From the NCBI GenBank assembly GCA_020279385.1, contig GCA_020279385.1_4762.2: a stretch of DNA of 64,000 nt; one strand, written 5' to 3'. Positions within the stretch are counted from its first letter, which is position 1, and every line of letters starts with the position of its first letter. A model generated the notes under the pieces. It saw only the letters and a list, made by a program, of their open reading frames with translations. It was not told the origin of the DNA and did not search any database. The stretch comes from a phage. Below are positions 17,761-26,747 of this stretch, one piece after another. The translations under genes and the position numbers were made by a program.

Positions 17761-18865
17761 CGGATCTGATACGTTCTATTACAAAGATGAAATTACGGCG
17801 ATGCAAACCCGTATGCGCATTTTTAGCTATCTGTACTTGAGCAAACCGGAAATGTGGAATAAACCAGATGCGTTAGAGTGTCGCGGGATCATGTTTGAAA
17901 TTGACGATAAAGGTCGTCCGGTCCGCATCGCATCTCGTCCTATGGAGAAGTTTTTTAATTTGGGCGAGAATGATCGCGCTCGCTTTAAGCCGGAAGATGT
18001 GGAAATGGTCATGGACAAAATGGACGGTAGTCTAGTAAGCACATACATTGATAACGGCTATGTTCAGTTGAAGTCTAAAGCGGCCTTGTACTCAAGCCAG
18101 GCAGAGAGAGCAAACGGTCTTCTGTATTCAGAGAAGTATGCGGATCTACGCGCTAAGATTGCTGATATTGGGTCTGATTATACTTTCAACTTTGAATATA
18201 CAGCACCCAGCAACCGAATTGTTGTAGAATATTCTGAACCGTCGCTAACACTTCTGAATGTACGCCATAACGTCACAGGAGAGTACGTACCGCATCAAAT
18301 GCTATTTGCTGACGCAATCCTACGTCCTCATCTGGTAAATGCGTTACAGGTTGATTCAGCGCGTTTTAGCAATATTCTTGATGAAGTTAGGATCGCAGAA
18401 GGTATCGAAGGAATTGTTGCCCGCACTAAAGACGGTCAAATGTTCAAAGTGAAGAGTGAATGGTATATTGGTGTGCACAACATTAAAAACACATCGATGT
18501 TTCCTAATAACCTGATCTACTATGTCGTAGAAAGCGAAACCGATGATTTGCGTGCTGCATATGAAGGCGAACCGGAAGCAATGGAACGAATCGAGCTATT
18601 CGAGGAAGCATTCAGGTCTATTCTTCGCAATGCCTTCACGACAGCAACAGAATTTTATAACGCACACGCGGGAGAAGACAGAAAGACATATGCATCAAAT
18701 GCGACTATCGAATCACGTAAACACGGTGATGCACAAGCATATATTTTCATGTGTCTGATGATTGCATTTGATGGTCTTGATTATGACCGTATTATGGATT
18801 CAATGAAAACTTACTATCTACGGAATTATAAGAAACTTATTCCGGCTGATAAGATTGATTGGTAA
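17696..18865 (+). CDS. rnlA: RNA ligase 1
   Basis: 389 aa; ALECRGIMFE, IASRPMEKFFNLGEN, KMDGSLVSTY (ligase lysine motif), NFEYTAPSNRIV, NIEGIVA, KRKTYA colinear with T4 Rnl1 (gp63). Confidence 0.9.
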   Translation: MSTKENNKKVLALFKNLMALCDGSDTFYYKDEITAMQTRMRIFSYLYLSKPEMWNKPDALECRGIMFEIDDKGRPVRIASRPMEKFFNLGENDRARFKPEDVEMVMDKMDGSLVSTYIDNGYVQLKSKAALYSSQAERANGLLYSEKYADLRAKIADIGSDYTFNFEYTAPSNRIVVEYSEPSLTLLNVRHNVTGEYVPHQMLFADAILRPHLVNALQVDSARFSNILDEVRIAEGIEGIVARTKDGQMFKVKSEWYIGVHNIKNTSMFPNNLIYYVVESETDDLRAAYEGEPEAMERIELFEEAFRSILRNAFTTATEFYNAHAGEDRKTYASNATIESRKHGDAQAYIFMCLMIAFDGLDYDRIMDSMKTYYLRNYKKLIPADKIDW

Positions 18866-18871
18866 TAATAA

Positions 18872-18896
18872 GCGGGGCTAGTTCCCCGCCTTTTGT
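18872..18896 (+). terminator. rho-independent terminator
   Basis: GCGGGG-CTAGTT-CCCCGC hairpin followed by CTTTTGT. Confidence 0.75.
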
Positions 18897-18909
18897 CGTT
18901 GGGGGTAAT

Positions 18910-19233
18910 ATGTCAAAGCTGATATACATTGTTATCATATCTGTATTGCTGGGGGTGGGTGGCAATATGTGGTGGGAAAATAAAAAAGAGGTAGATCGAC
19001 TGAATCAGGAATTTACAGAATATAAGAAAAAGACAGATGAAAAGATGAAGGTCGTAGACTCACTACAAAAGGAGATGTACGGAATAAGAACTAAGTTTGC
19101 AGAAGAACAAAACAAAGCAATGAAAGACGCTACACGAGGCTATGTAGTAGCACAAAAACCCAAGTTGGTAGAGAAACAGCTTAATGATTCATTTAAGGAG
19201 TTTACCGAAGAATTAAAGGAGGCGACTAAATGA
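18910..19233 (+). CDS. membrane-anchored coiled-coil protein (i-spanin-like candidate)
   Basis: N-terminal TM helix (LIYIVIISVLLGVGG) then charged helical region; ATG 18910 after terminator; occupies the T4 alc position. Confidence 0.4.
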   Translation: MSKLIYIVIISVLLGVGGNMWWENKKEVDRLNQEFTEYKKKTDEKMKVVDSLQKEMYGIRTKFAEEQNKAMKDATRGYVVAQKPKLVEKQLNDSFKEFTEELKEATK

Positions 19234-19682
19234 GCATAGAAATATTGTCTACGCAAGAGCAGATAAACAATTTTAATCTTGTTGATTATCTGGGGATAGG
19301 TGCAAGCATTATTATCCTGATGGTGTTTTCAATTTTCGTGATACACTGGATGTTTAAGAAAGCACATAAGAATTTTCAGACCGCCATAATCCATGTCTTC
19401 GCTGTGCCTATTGTATTTGCGCTTTCTTCGTGTACAATGGACCATTATTCACAGGAACCGAAATTACATCCTCCACTACCAGCACCAATAGAAAAAGTTG
19501 ACATTGACCTGAAAGTGGATACAATAGACGGTAAACCTAGAGTTTCTATGTCGTGGGAGGACTCCCAAAAATTCAGAGTCTGGCTTGCGGATATTAAGAG
19601 ATATACACTTGAAAGTAAGTTGATCATGTGTTATTATCGAAAAGAACTTAATGAGGAACGGTGCAAACCGAAGGAGAAATAA
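19230..19682 (+). CDS. membrane protein with internal lipoprotein-like signal (o-spanin-like candidate)
   Basis: Strong RBS AAGGAGG; hydrophobic segment; internal MFKK...VFAVPIVFALSSC resembles signal peptide + lipobox; proline-rich PPLPAP follows. Confidence 0.35.
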   Translation: MSIEILSTQEQINNFNLVDYLGIGASIIILMVFSIFVIHWMFKKAHKNFQTAIIHVFAVPIVFALSSCTMDHYSQEPKLHPPLPAPIEKVDIDLKVDTIDGKPRVSMSWEDSQKFRVWLADIKRYTLESKLIMCYYRKELNEERCKPKEK

Positions 19683-20560
19683 TGCCGAAATGTGAAGTGA
19701 TTTTAACCGTTGGTTGTTCTGGGTCCGGTAAAACTACATGGGCTATGGAAACATGTAAAAGGTTTAGTAATTATCGTAATGTGAATCGTGATGACCTTCG
19801 TCTTATGTTGTTTGGTGTTGACTCACTTTTGAAATACAAATATACTAAGGAAAAGGAAAAGCTGGTAGAGTCTATTCAGAGAATGATTGCTCGCGAGACT
19901 CTATCACGCGGATTGAGTATCATTATCTCTGATACCAACCTGAAAGAAAAACATCGTGTATTCTACAAAGAACTTGCAAAAGAATTTAACGCGGTGTATA
20001 CTGAACAAGTGTTCAATGAACCGTTTGAGACACTAAAGAAACGTAATTTCTATCGCGGCGAGAAAGCAATTCCACTTTCTCATTTGCGTAACCAATTTTA
20101 TCTGATGCAGGAATATATGGGTCAAGAAGTATACAAACCGAATACTATGCTGCCAAAGGCAGTGATCTTTGATATTGATGGAACATTAGCGGATAAGGGC
20201 GGTCGTCATCCGTTTGACTGGACAAAGGTCAAAGAAGATAAACCACGTCAGCAAGTGGTCGAAATGCTTAAACTGTATCGTGATAATGGTTATCGTATCA
20301 TTACATGCTCAGGGCGTGAGGATGTTTGCGAAGAAGATACTCTGCAATGGTTGCGTGAACAGGGTATTGAACCTAGTGATCACTTTCAACGTGAAACTAA
20401 TGATCGTCGTCCTGATCATGAAGTGAAGAAAGAGATCTTCTTCTCTGAAATTGCACCGCGTTATCATGTTGTTTTGGCGGTAGATGACCGTGATCAAGTG
20501 GTTGACATGTACCGCGCAATTGGTGTAGAATGTTTTCAGGTTAACTACGGAGACTTTTAA
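19682..20560 (+). CDS. pseT: polynucleotide kinase / 3'-phosphatase
   Basis: 299 aa; Walker A GCSGSGKTTWA, NRDD, phosphatase DxDGT (IFDIDGTLA), SGRE, DDRDQVV, C-terminal GVECFQV..GDF as in T4 Pnk. Confidence 0.9.
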   Translation: MPKCEVILTVGCSGSGKTTWAMETCKRFSNYRNVNRDDLRLMLFGVDSLLKYKYTKEKEKLVESIQRMIARETLSRGLSIIISDTNLKEKHRVFYKELAKEFNAVYTEQVFNEPFETLKKRNFYRGEKAIPLSHLRNQFYLMQEYMGQEVYKPNTMLPKAVIFDIDGTLADKGGRHPFDWTKVKEDKPRQQVVEMLKLYRDNGYRIITCSGREDVCEEDTLQWLREQGIEPSDHFQRETNDRRPDHEVKKEIFFSEIAPRYHVVLAVDDRDQVVDMYRAIGVECFQVNYGDF

Positions 20561-20763
20561 TGTTTACCGATAAACTCAAGCAATTAGGCGAAGCACTTGC
20601 TAAACGTGGTTTTAATGTTGAAATTGAACCCGCACCAGTTAACCCGTTTAGCGATGAGCGTCGTAGTGTATATGTCATTATGAGCAATGGTCATGGCGTG
20701 AATACATTCAATGTAAAACAGTATAGCGACGGATCAGTAGAATACTTTCGCGTATACGGTTAA
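20560..20763 (+). CDS. hypothetical protein (67 aa)
   Basis: ATG overlaps pseT stop (TAATG). Confidence 0.45.
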   Translation: MFTDKLKQLGEALAKRGFNVEIEPAPVNPFSDERRSVYVIMSNGHGVNTFNVKQYSDGSVEYFRVYG

Positions 20764-20784
20764 TTAATATGTGAGGATTATATT

Positions 20785-21291
20785 ATGTTGTCACAAACTT
20801 ACATGCAGATCGCCTATCTGATCGCAAAGAACTCTAAATGTGTTTCGTGGAAGGTAGGCGCACTGATCGAAAAAGACGGGCGAATCATTTCTACTGGATT
20901 TAACGGAACTCCAGCAGGGCAAGTAAATTGTAGCTGTCATGCACATAAAAACGGTTGGCTGGATGATGACGGCAAAATGATCCCAGAAAAACGACCAGAG
21001 CATAGTGCATGGTCACAGAAAAACGAGATCCATGCTGAATTAAATGCTATTTTGTTTGCTGCCCGTAGCGGTGTATCGATTGAAGGCGCTAGTATGTGGT
21101 GTACTGCTTCACCGTGTCCAGATTGCGCTAAAGCAATTGCAAACAGTGGTATTAAACATCTATACTATTGCGATACATACGACCGAAATGGTGGGCGTGA
21201 TTGGGCTGATATTTTGGATAAAGCCGACATTACGGTTACGCGTATTCCAAAAGCATTATTGACTGATTTGAAGGGTATTGATAATGACTGA
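20785..21291 (+). CDS. cd: dCMP deaminase
   Basis: 168 aa; zinc-binding HAELNAI and PCPDCAKAI deaminase motifs. Confidence 0.85.
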   Translation: MLSQTYMQIAYLIAKNSKCVSWKVGALIEKDGRIISTGFNGTPAGQVNCSCHAHKNGWLDDDGKMIPEKRPEHSAWSQKNEIHAELNAILFAARSGVSIEGASMWCTASPCPDCAKAIANSGIKHLYYCDTYDRNGGRDWADILDKADITVTRIPKALLTDLKGIDND

Positions 21292-21598
21292 ACAAATTGA
21301 TAATATCGCACTTCGTGAAGCACTAAAGAAAATGCTTGCTGTAGGTACTCACTCTTTACAGTTTACTAAGAAAGATGGTACTGTCCGTGAGATGTTCGCC
21401 ACGCGAGATCCGGCACTGATGCCGTTTGAAACATACGAAAAGTGGTTAGTTCCTAATGTTGAAAAACCGCGTAAAGAATCAGAAACATCTTTGCCAGTAT
21501 ATGAAATTGCAGTTGAAGGTTTCCGTAGTTTTGGGCTTGATAGTCTGATTAATGTAGACGGGCTGACTCCAGCGCAGATCGTCGAAATTTATAAATAA
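21284..21598 (+). CDS. hypothetical protein (104 aa)
   Basis: ATG 21284 with RBS GAAGGG (track start 21278 is TTG). Confidence 0.5.
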   Translation: MTEQIDNIALREALKKMLAVGTHSLQFTKKDGTVREMFATRDPALMPFETYEKWLVPNVEKPRKESETSLPVYEIAVEGFRSFGLDSLINVDGLTPAQIVEIYK

Positions 21599-21640
21599 TT
21601 CATCATTAAACTGTATTGATTTGAAGAGGTAATAAAAATT

Positions 21641-21964
21641 ATGACCGTTAAAACTCCTAAAGCACTTGGTGATTATGTAATTATCGAAGCTAAAGCAGAA
21701 AGCGCAGGGACCGAAGTAAAAAGCTCTATGGGGATCATTATTGAGCAAAAGCGCACTATGGGTGAGATTCCGCTGGTAGGTAAGATTATTGATATTGGTG
21801 AAACGGTAGATAAAGAATTGCTGGGTAAAACTGTTCTACTGCCACACGGAAAGATGAATAAAGTTCCTCATCCAGACGTTATTAACGGCGTTAAGAAGGA
21901 AGAAGAGATCGACCTGAAATGGACTGTAACACACAAACAGAATATTGTGGTAGTTTACGGTTAA
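21641..21964 (+). CDS. 31: co-chaperonin gp31 (GroES analogue)
   Basis: 107 aa; position between cd and DNA ligase and GroES-like pattern (GDYVIIEA, mobile-loop-like SSMGIIIEQ, VPHPDV). Confidence 0.65.
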   Translation: MTVKTPKALGDYVIIEAKAESAGTEVKSSMGIIIEQKRTMGEIPLVGKIIDIGETVDKELLGKTVLLPHGKMNKVPHPDVINGVKKEEEIDLKWTVTHKQNIVVVYG

Positions 21965-21975
21965 TGATTTTAAAC

Positions 21976-22002
21976 GGCGGGATTATTTCCCGCCTATATT
22001 TT
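21976..22002 (+). terminator. rho-independent terminator
   Basis: GGCGGGA-TTATT-TCCCGCC hairpin followed by TATATTTTGG. Confidence 0.7.
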
Positions 22003-22046
22003 GGCTATATGATTTTGTAAGTTATTGATTATTAAGGAATTTTATT

Positions 22047-22211
22047 ATGAAAACTATGAATGTAAACATCCACGAAATCCATACCGAAGTATTCACCGAA
22101 GAAGACCAGTTTGGTGTATGGGTAAATCCTCATTCGATTACTATCGATATTCCTAATGACGATTATGATCCGTTCTCTCTGATTAGCGAGATTAGTTTCA
22201 ATGACTTCTGA
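22047..22211 (+). CDS. hypothetical small protein (54 aa)
   Basis: ATG 22047; acidic; below track cutoff. Confidence 0.35.
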   Translation: MKTMNVNIHEIHTEVFTEEDQFGVWVNPHSITIDIPNDDYDPFSLISEISFNDF

Positions 22212-22680
22212 AATTGATATCTATGCGGGTGGACCTTATCCATCTGGTGAATTGAGTAATTTCAATAAAAGACCATTCCGTCTATTTGGTTGCGATATTA
22301 ACAGCACAGAAGGATTTTTACAGGGGCTAAGATTTAAGAACCCTCAGAGACAAAGAGAAATCTTTTTGATGCACGGTGGCAAAGCAAAAAGAACCGGAAG
22401 AACTGAAAAGATTGAGAATCACATGTTATATTTTCAGGGTCGCCCGATTCATCGAATGAGTGAGCATTATTACAGACTGGTACATCTGGCATTTGTTACG
22501 ATGGCACGGAATAACCCAGAATTTTGTAAAGCATTACTCGCTACCGGAAATAAGAAATTACGTCATAGCATAGGTGGAACTGATCCGTTAAAGACTATAT
22601 TGACTGAATCGGAATTTTGTAGTATCCTCAATGATATTCGTGAACGTTTAACAAAACGAGGTGAAAATGTCAATTCTTAA
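22201..22680 (+). CDS. NADAR / YbiA-like domain protein (putative ADP-ribosyl- or N-glycoside hydrolase)
   Basis: 159 aa; ELSNF...F......STEGFLQGLRF resembles the YbiA/NADAR FSNF...TSEHYFQA.KF core; LLATG and GGTDP segments also align with YbiA-like proteins. Confidence 0.5.
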   Translation: MTSEIDIYAGGPYPSGELSNFNKRPFRLFGCDINSTEGFLQGLRFKNPQRQREIFLMHGGKAKRTGRTEKIENHMLYFQGRPIHRMSEHYYRLVHLAFVTMARNNPEFCKALLATGNKKLRHSIGGTDPLKTILTESEFCSILNDIRERLTKRGENVNS

Positions 22681-24163
22681 TATCATTAACCAGCTTGCAG
22701 CGACCGACAAAACATCGCTGAAAGAAAAGATTCTGAAAGAATCCGCGAGCAATGAAACGCTGAAAGAATGCTTTTATCTGGCATATTGCAAACAGGTTAC
22801 GTTTGGCGTAAAGAAATACGATAAACCATCGCGCTATTCGTCTGTATTGTCTTTATCCGGTGCATTACAGGTCTTTAAAAATAAACTTGCCACGCGTCAA
22901 GTAACTGGTAATGCAGCATTACAGCTAGTTACCGATACTCTGACTTGCTTGTCAGAGGATGATGCTAAAGTTGCAATGATGGTCCTGAATCGTGATCTGG
23001 AATGCGGTTGTTCCGCCACCACTGCAAACAAGGTATGGAAGAAACTGATCCCCCAGCAGCCGTGTCACCTTGCATCGTCATATTCTGATAAGGCTATTGC
23101 TAATATCAAGTATCCGGCGTATGCACAACTTAAAAGCGATGGTGCTCGTGGTATGGCTGATATTGACGGGGAAACATTAGCAATCTATACCCGTTCAGGT
23201 AATACCTATCAGGGACTTGATGATTTGTTTGCGGTTTTAGAGCGTCTACGAGGCCGTGGAATTGTTCTAGATGGCGAATTGGTATATATGCCTACCCTTT
23301 CGCAAACACCAGCGCAGAACTTCGTTGAGAGCGTTTATGATGGTACTCTGTCATGGATATTTGAAGAAGAGGAAATGCCATTAACGCCAGTAGCGGAAGC
23401 AGTAAAAGAATCCGTTGTTGCAGACCGTCAGACCGGAAATGGTATCCTCAACAAATCACTTAAAGGAACTATTCCAAAAGAAGAAGCCCAATGTATTGTT
23501 TATACTGTCTGGGATGTTATCGACCGTGATGTGTATTACGGAAACGAGAAAGCAACGAAGCAATATAAAGATCGATTCGAAGAACTAAAACAGATTGTTG
23601 AAGAACTTAACGATCCTCGTGTTCAGATAATCGAAAATACTGTAGTTAACAATATCGATGAAGCTCGCGAAGTATATCATCGCTATGTAAACATGGGCTT
23701 AGAAGGTATTATCCTTAAAAATTTACATGGTGTATTTGAAGATCGTCGCAGTAAAGATCAGGTTAAATTTAAAGAAGTGATTGACTTCGACGCTGAAATT
23801 GTTGATGTATATCCGCATAGTAAAGATCCTAATAAGGTAGGCGGTTTTACTGTCCGTAGTGCGTGCGGACGAATGATGACTAACACCGGATCGGGATTAA
23901 CCGACACCACAACCGAAAAAGGTGATGATGGTATTGAACGTGTAATTCCGTTCGATCGTCGAAATGAACTCGACCGAGAAATGTTATGGGCTGACCGTCA
24001 TAACCTGATTGGAAAAGTCATTGAGATGACATGCAACGGGTACATTCGCAGCAAATCACGTAAAGAAGATGAACCGGAGTTCTCTTTATTTCTCCCGATC
24101 ATCAAACGTATTCGCTACGACAAGACCACTGCAAATACAGTAAAAGAGGTATTCGATGTGTGA
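22667..24163 (+). CDS. 30: ATP-dependent DNA ligase
   Basis: ~498 aa; KSDGAR adenylation lysine motif, LDGELVY, NGILNKSLKGTIPKEEAQC, GLEGIILKN, KFKEVID, GGF; colinear with T4 DNA ligase; ATG 22667 after RBS GAGGTG. Confidence 0.9.
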   Translation: MSILNIINQLAATDKTSLKEKILKESASNETLKECFYLAYCKQVTFGVKKYDKPSRYSSVLSLSGALQVFKNKLATRQVTGNAALQLVTDTLTCLSEDDAKVAMMVLNRDLECGCSATTANKVWKKLIPQQPCHLASSYSDKAIANIKYPAYAQLKSDGARGMADIDGETLAIYTRSGNTYQGLDDLFAVLERLRGRGIVLDGELVYMPTLSQTPAQNFVESVYDGTLSWIFEEEEMPLTPVAEAVKESVVADRQTGNGILNKSLKGTIPKEEAQCIVYTVWDVIDRDVYYGNEKATKQYKDRFEELKQIVEELNDPRVQIIENTVVNNIDEAREVYHRYVNMGLEGIILKNLHGVFEDRRSKDQVKFKEVIDFDAEIVDVYPHSKDPNKVGGFTVRSACGRMMTNTGSGLTDTTTEKGDDGIERVIPFDRRNELDREMLWADRHNLIGKVIEMTCNGYIRSKSRKEDEPEFSLFLPIIKRIRYDKTTANTVKEVFDV

Positions 24164-24632
24164 TAATGAAGGGGCGAAAGCCCCTAAACCTAAAAAATTG
24201 TCAAAGAAAGAGCAACGCCAGATCCTGAAAATGAAATACGGTGGACGTTGTGCCTATTGTGGCGAGGAACTAGGGGATCGCTGGCACGCAGACCACATCA
24301 AACCAGTATTGCGACGCTCAAAAGTAGTCTATGATGAAAATGGACGAATTGCCCGTAATGATGATGGATCGTGGAAGTATAAGGTTGTAGGAATGCATAA
24401 ACCGGAACATGATATACTTGATAACATGAATCCGTCGTGTGTGCAATGCAATCTTTATAAAAGCTGTATGGGCTTAGAATACTGGCGTAAGTGTATACGC
24501 GAGAACTTCCAGAAATACATTCAGCGCAATATGGGGTTGCGAGCGGCTAAACGCTTTGGCTTACTGTCAATCCACGACCAGCCAGTAGAATTTTATTTCG
24601 AAAAGTATGAGCGCGAGCATCAAGAAAAATAA
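24156..24632 (+). CDS. HNH endonuclease
   Basis: 158 aa; CAYCGEELGDRWHADHIKPV...NMNPSCVQCNLYK HNH zinc-finger nuclease motif; start overlaps ligase stop. Confidence 0.75.
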   Translation: MCDNEGAKAPKPKKLSKKEQRQILKMKYGGRCAYCGEELGDRWHADHIKPVLRRSKVVYDENGRIARNDDGSWKYKVVGMHKPEHDILDNMNPSCVQCNLYKSCMGLEYWRKCIRENFQKYIQRNMGLRAAKRFGLLSIHDQPVEFYFEKYEREHQEK

Positions 24633-24645
24633 TTCAAAAAAGTTG

Positions 24646-24674
24646 TTGACAGGGGATCACCGATCCCCTATACT
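24646..24674 (+). promoter_or_regulatory. PeSL-like promoter cassette (TTGACA-17-TATACT)
   Basis: Palindromic spacer GGGGATCACCGATCCCC; leader acacataccgaaacgaactaggagaatcaa. Confidence 0.7.
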
Positions 24675-24708
24675 ACACACATACCGAAACGAACTAGGAG
24701 AATCAATT

Positions 24709-24888
24709 ATGAACTTCAACGAAATCATCGCTAAAATCCGCTACAACGAAGAAACCATTGAACTGATGCAAAACAATATCACCAATGGTTATATGATTGC
24801 AGCGTCACAAGAAATCATTGATTTGACGGTAGCAGAAAATGCTCAGTTGAAACATCAACTTTCAACGGCTGGCGTGATTGTTATGTAA
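24709..24888 (+). CDS. hypothetical small protein (59 aa)
   Basis: ATG 24709 after cassette leader; track start 24607 precedes the promoter. Confidence 0.45.
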   Translation: MNFNEIIAKIRYNEETIELMQNNITNGYMIAASQEIIDLTVAENAQLKHQLSTAGVIVM

Positions 24889-24905
24889 TAAAGAGAGGTG
24901 ACTAA

Positions 24906-25208
24906 ATGGCAAAAGTTAAGGTAGGCGAGGTCTTCAAAATGGAAGACCACACCGTGGAAGAGATGAAAGGCGCAGTATTGAAAGTAACTAATTCAATGTG
25001 TCGTAGTGTGCTTTACATCAACTTTATAGACGGTGATGTGTGGTGGGCTAGCGATAGCGATAAATGGGATATCAAGTTCTACAAAGGTCATACTCACTGG
25101 TTAGGAACAGAGGATGTTGTAGAAGTTCTGGCGGTTGATGTTATGCCAGGCGAGATCGAAAGTCTTAGCGGAACCGCAAAAGAAGCATTGACACGCCATT
25201 TTGTGTGA
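24906..25208 (+). CDS. small protein, HxHW-LAVDV paralog family member
   Basis: 100 aa; C-terminal KGHTHWLGTEDVVEVLAVDV motif shared with five neighbouring ORFs. Confidence 0.5.
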   Translation: MAKVKVGEVFKMEDHTVEEMKGAVLKVTNSMCRSVLYINFIDGDVWWASDSDKWDIKFYKGHTHWLGTEDVVEVLAVDVMPGEIESLSGTAKEALTRHFV

Positions 25209-25214
25209 TATAAT
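25188..25214 (+). promoter_or_regulatory. possible sigma70-like promoter (TTGACA-15-TATAAT)
   Basis: TTGACA 25188-25193, TATAAT 25209-25214; short spacer, followed by hairpin GGGAG...CTCCC. Confidence 0.35.
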
Positions 25215-25265
25215 ATAACAATCATTGGGAGGGGTAATACTCTCCCACAAATTGAGGATAATATT

Positions 25266-25457
25266 ATGTGTGGTCTTAAAATGGTTGCTGAATATAAGCG
25301 AACTGGTAATATTATTATGTATCGACGCAATGCCAACGAAGACTGGAAACCTTCCAACCGCATTAAATCCATCCAGACGTTTATGAATAACATCAAAGAA
25401 AACCTTTTCGTTAAGCGTGTTGGCGCTGAACATTGGGAAGTTTACGAAGCTGTATAA
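25266..25457 (+). CDS. hypothetical small protein (63 aa)
   Basis: RBS GAGGA + ATG. Confidence 0.45.
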   Translation: MCGLKMVAEYKRTGNIIMYRRNANEDWKPSNRIKSIQTFMNNIKENLFVKRVGAEHWEVYEAV

Positions 25458-25473
25458 TTTTGAGGAAAATATT

Positions 25474-25776
25474 ATGGAACGTACCAATTTGTTTGTAACC
25501 GAACCTTTCGTTGAAGGAAACAAGAACCTTGCTAATACGGTTATTCTTTACGAAGATTGGATCTTTTACATCGATGAGAATTTAGATGTATATTGTCGTC
25601 CAACCCCAAATGACTCATTCTATATCGAAGAAAACGATACCCATAATCATTGGTATGACGGAAACGACGAAACCGATCTTGCTATTGTTCTCGAATCCGG
25701 CGTAGAATCGGAACATGCCGATGAAGTAGCAGACAAATTTATGAAATACGCATATAAAGATAAAGTTGAAGAATAA
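25474..25776 (+). CDS. small protein, HxHW paralog family member
   Basis: 100 aa; WIFYIDENLDVY and THNHWYDG...LAIVLE motifs; ATG 25474 (track start 25417 is inside previous gene). Confidence 0.5.
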   Translation: MERTNLFVTEPFVEGNKNLANTVILYEDWIFYIDENLDVYCRPTPNDSFYIEENDTHNHWYDGNDETDLAIVLESGVESEHADEVADKFMKYAYKDKVEE

Positions 25777-25784
25777 AAAAGTTG

Positions 25785-25813
25785 TTGACAGGGGATCGGT
25801 GATCCCCTATAAT
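25785..25813 (+). promoter_or_regulatory. PeSL-like promoter cassette (TTGACA-17-TATAAT)
   Basis: Palindromic spacer GGGGATCGGTGATCCCC; near-identical to cassettes at 29045 and 31421. Confidence 0.75.
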
Positions 25814-25846
25814 GCACACATACCAACGAGATATAGGAGAATCAAA

Positions 25847-26014
25847 ATGTTCCAGACTAAAGCAGAATGCGAAGCATACATTGTAGCAAACCACGGTGAA
25901 GACTACCTGAAATTCGATATCGTAGTAGCACAGAAGATCACCGGAATGGTTGCAAAATATCTAGGTGTTAAAGAAGGTTACTATCCAAGCAACGCACCAG
26001 AAATTAACAAATAA
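25847..26014 (+). CDS. hypothetical small protein (55 aa), paralog of the 29107 ORF
   Basis: MFQTKAECEAYIVANHGEDYLKFDIVVAQK... about 85% identical to the 29107 product. Confidence 0.5.
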   Translation: MFQTKAECEAYIVANHGEDYLKFDIVVAQKITGMVAKYLGVKEGYYPSNAPEINK

Positions 26015-26017
26015 TAG

Positions 26018-26046
26018 TTGACAATGATTAAAGGGAGTAGTAAGAT
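26018..26046 (+). promoter_or_regulatory. PeSL-like promoter cassette (TTGACA-17-TAAGAT)
   Basis: Hairpin GGGAGTA...TACTCCC spans -10; leader catcaagacaacaaacggagaatcaaa. Confidence 0.6.
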
Positions 26047-26078
26047 ACTCCCATCAAGACAACAAACGGAGAATCAAA

Positions 26079-26258
26079 ATGAAAGCTATCGAAGTTCAGA
26101 AGTACATGGAACTCATCATTGAAGGTAAAGCACATACAGTATTGACTACCAACGTAGGATATGATAAAAATGTGCATATGCTGGTAGACAATATCGGCTG
26201 GATGAAGTTTAATCCTAATGAGAATGTACAAGCTCAAGAAATGACCATCCCTTTCTAA
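26079..26258 (+). CDS. hypothetical small protein (59 aa)
   Basis: ATG after cassette leader; below track cutoff. Confidence 0.4.
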   Translation: MKAIEVQKYMELIIEGKAHTVLTTNVGYDKNVHMLVDNIGWMKFNPNENVQAQEMTIPF

Positions 26259-26270
26259 GAGGAATATATT

Positions 26271-26549
26271 ATGATGCGAATTACTGCAACGCTGGATAAG
26301 ACACACAAAGAAAGATTTTTCGGTATGATCTTAAAAACGCCGATTTTCGATAATTACCTTTATGTTGACTATGAAGGCCATATTAGCTATAAATGTAAAA
26401 ATGATATTCGTGATTCCTTTGGTGATAAATCACAAGCTGATATTCACGATCATTGGTGGACCTTCGACGAACCTTTACGGATTATCGCAGTTGATGTAAA
26501 AACAATAAAAGAAGCTGATAAGGTAGTTAACGATTATGAGCAAATTTAA
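26271..26549 (+). CDS. small protein, HxHW-LAVDV paralog family member
   Basis: 92 aa; YLYVDYEGHISY and IHDHWWTFDEPLRIIAVDV. Confidence 0.5.
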   Translation: MMRITATLDKTHKERFFGMILKTPIFDNYLYVDYEGHISYKCKNDIRDSFGDKSQADIHDHWWTFDEPLRIIAVDVKTIKEADKVVNDYEQI

Positions 26550-26745
26550 AGACTATAAAGCATATCAACAGATCCTGCGAGTATACGCACCAGAGTTCGC
26601 CGAAAAGATGATGGAAGATGCATCAAAATGCCCGTCCTTTTCTGGAAACAAAAACCATTATTCGACTGGTATTGTGTCATGGAAAGAAACCGCATATACT
26701 CAACAATGGATAGATGTGTTTTCAAAAACTCTTGAGTGGTGTTAA
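26536..26745 (+). CDS. hypothetical small protein (69 aa), tandem paralog A
   Basis: MSKFKDYKAYQ... shares N-terminus and Cys/Trp pattern with next ORF. Confidence 0.5.
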   Translation: MSKFKDYKAYQQILRVYAPEFAEKMMEDASKCPSFSGNKNHYSTGIVSWKETAYTQQWIDVFSKTLEWC

Positions 26746-26747
26746 TT

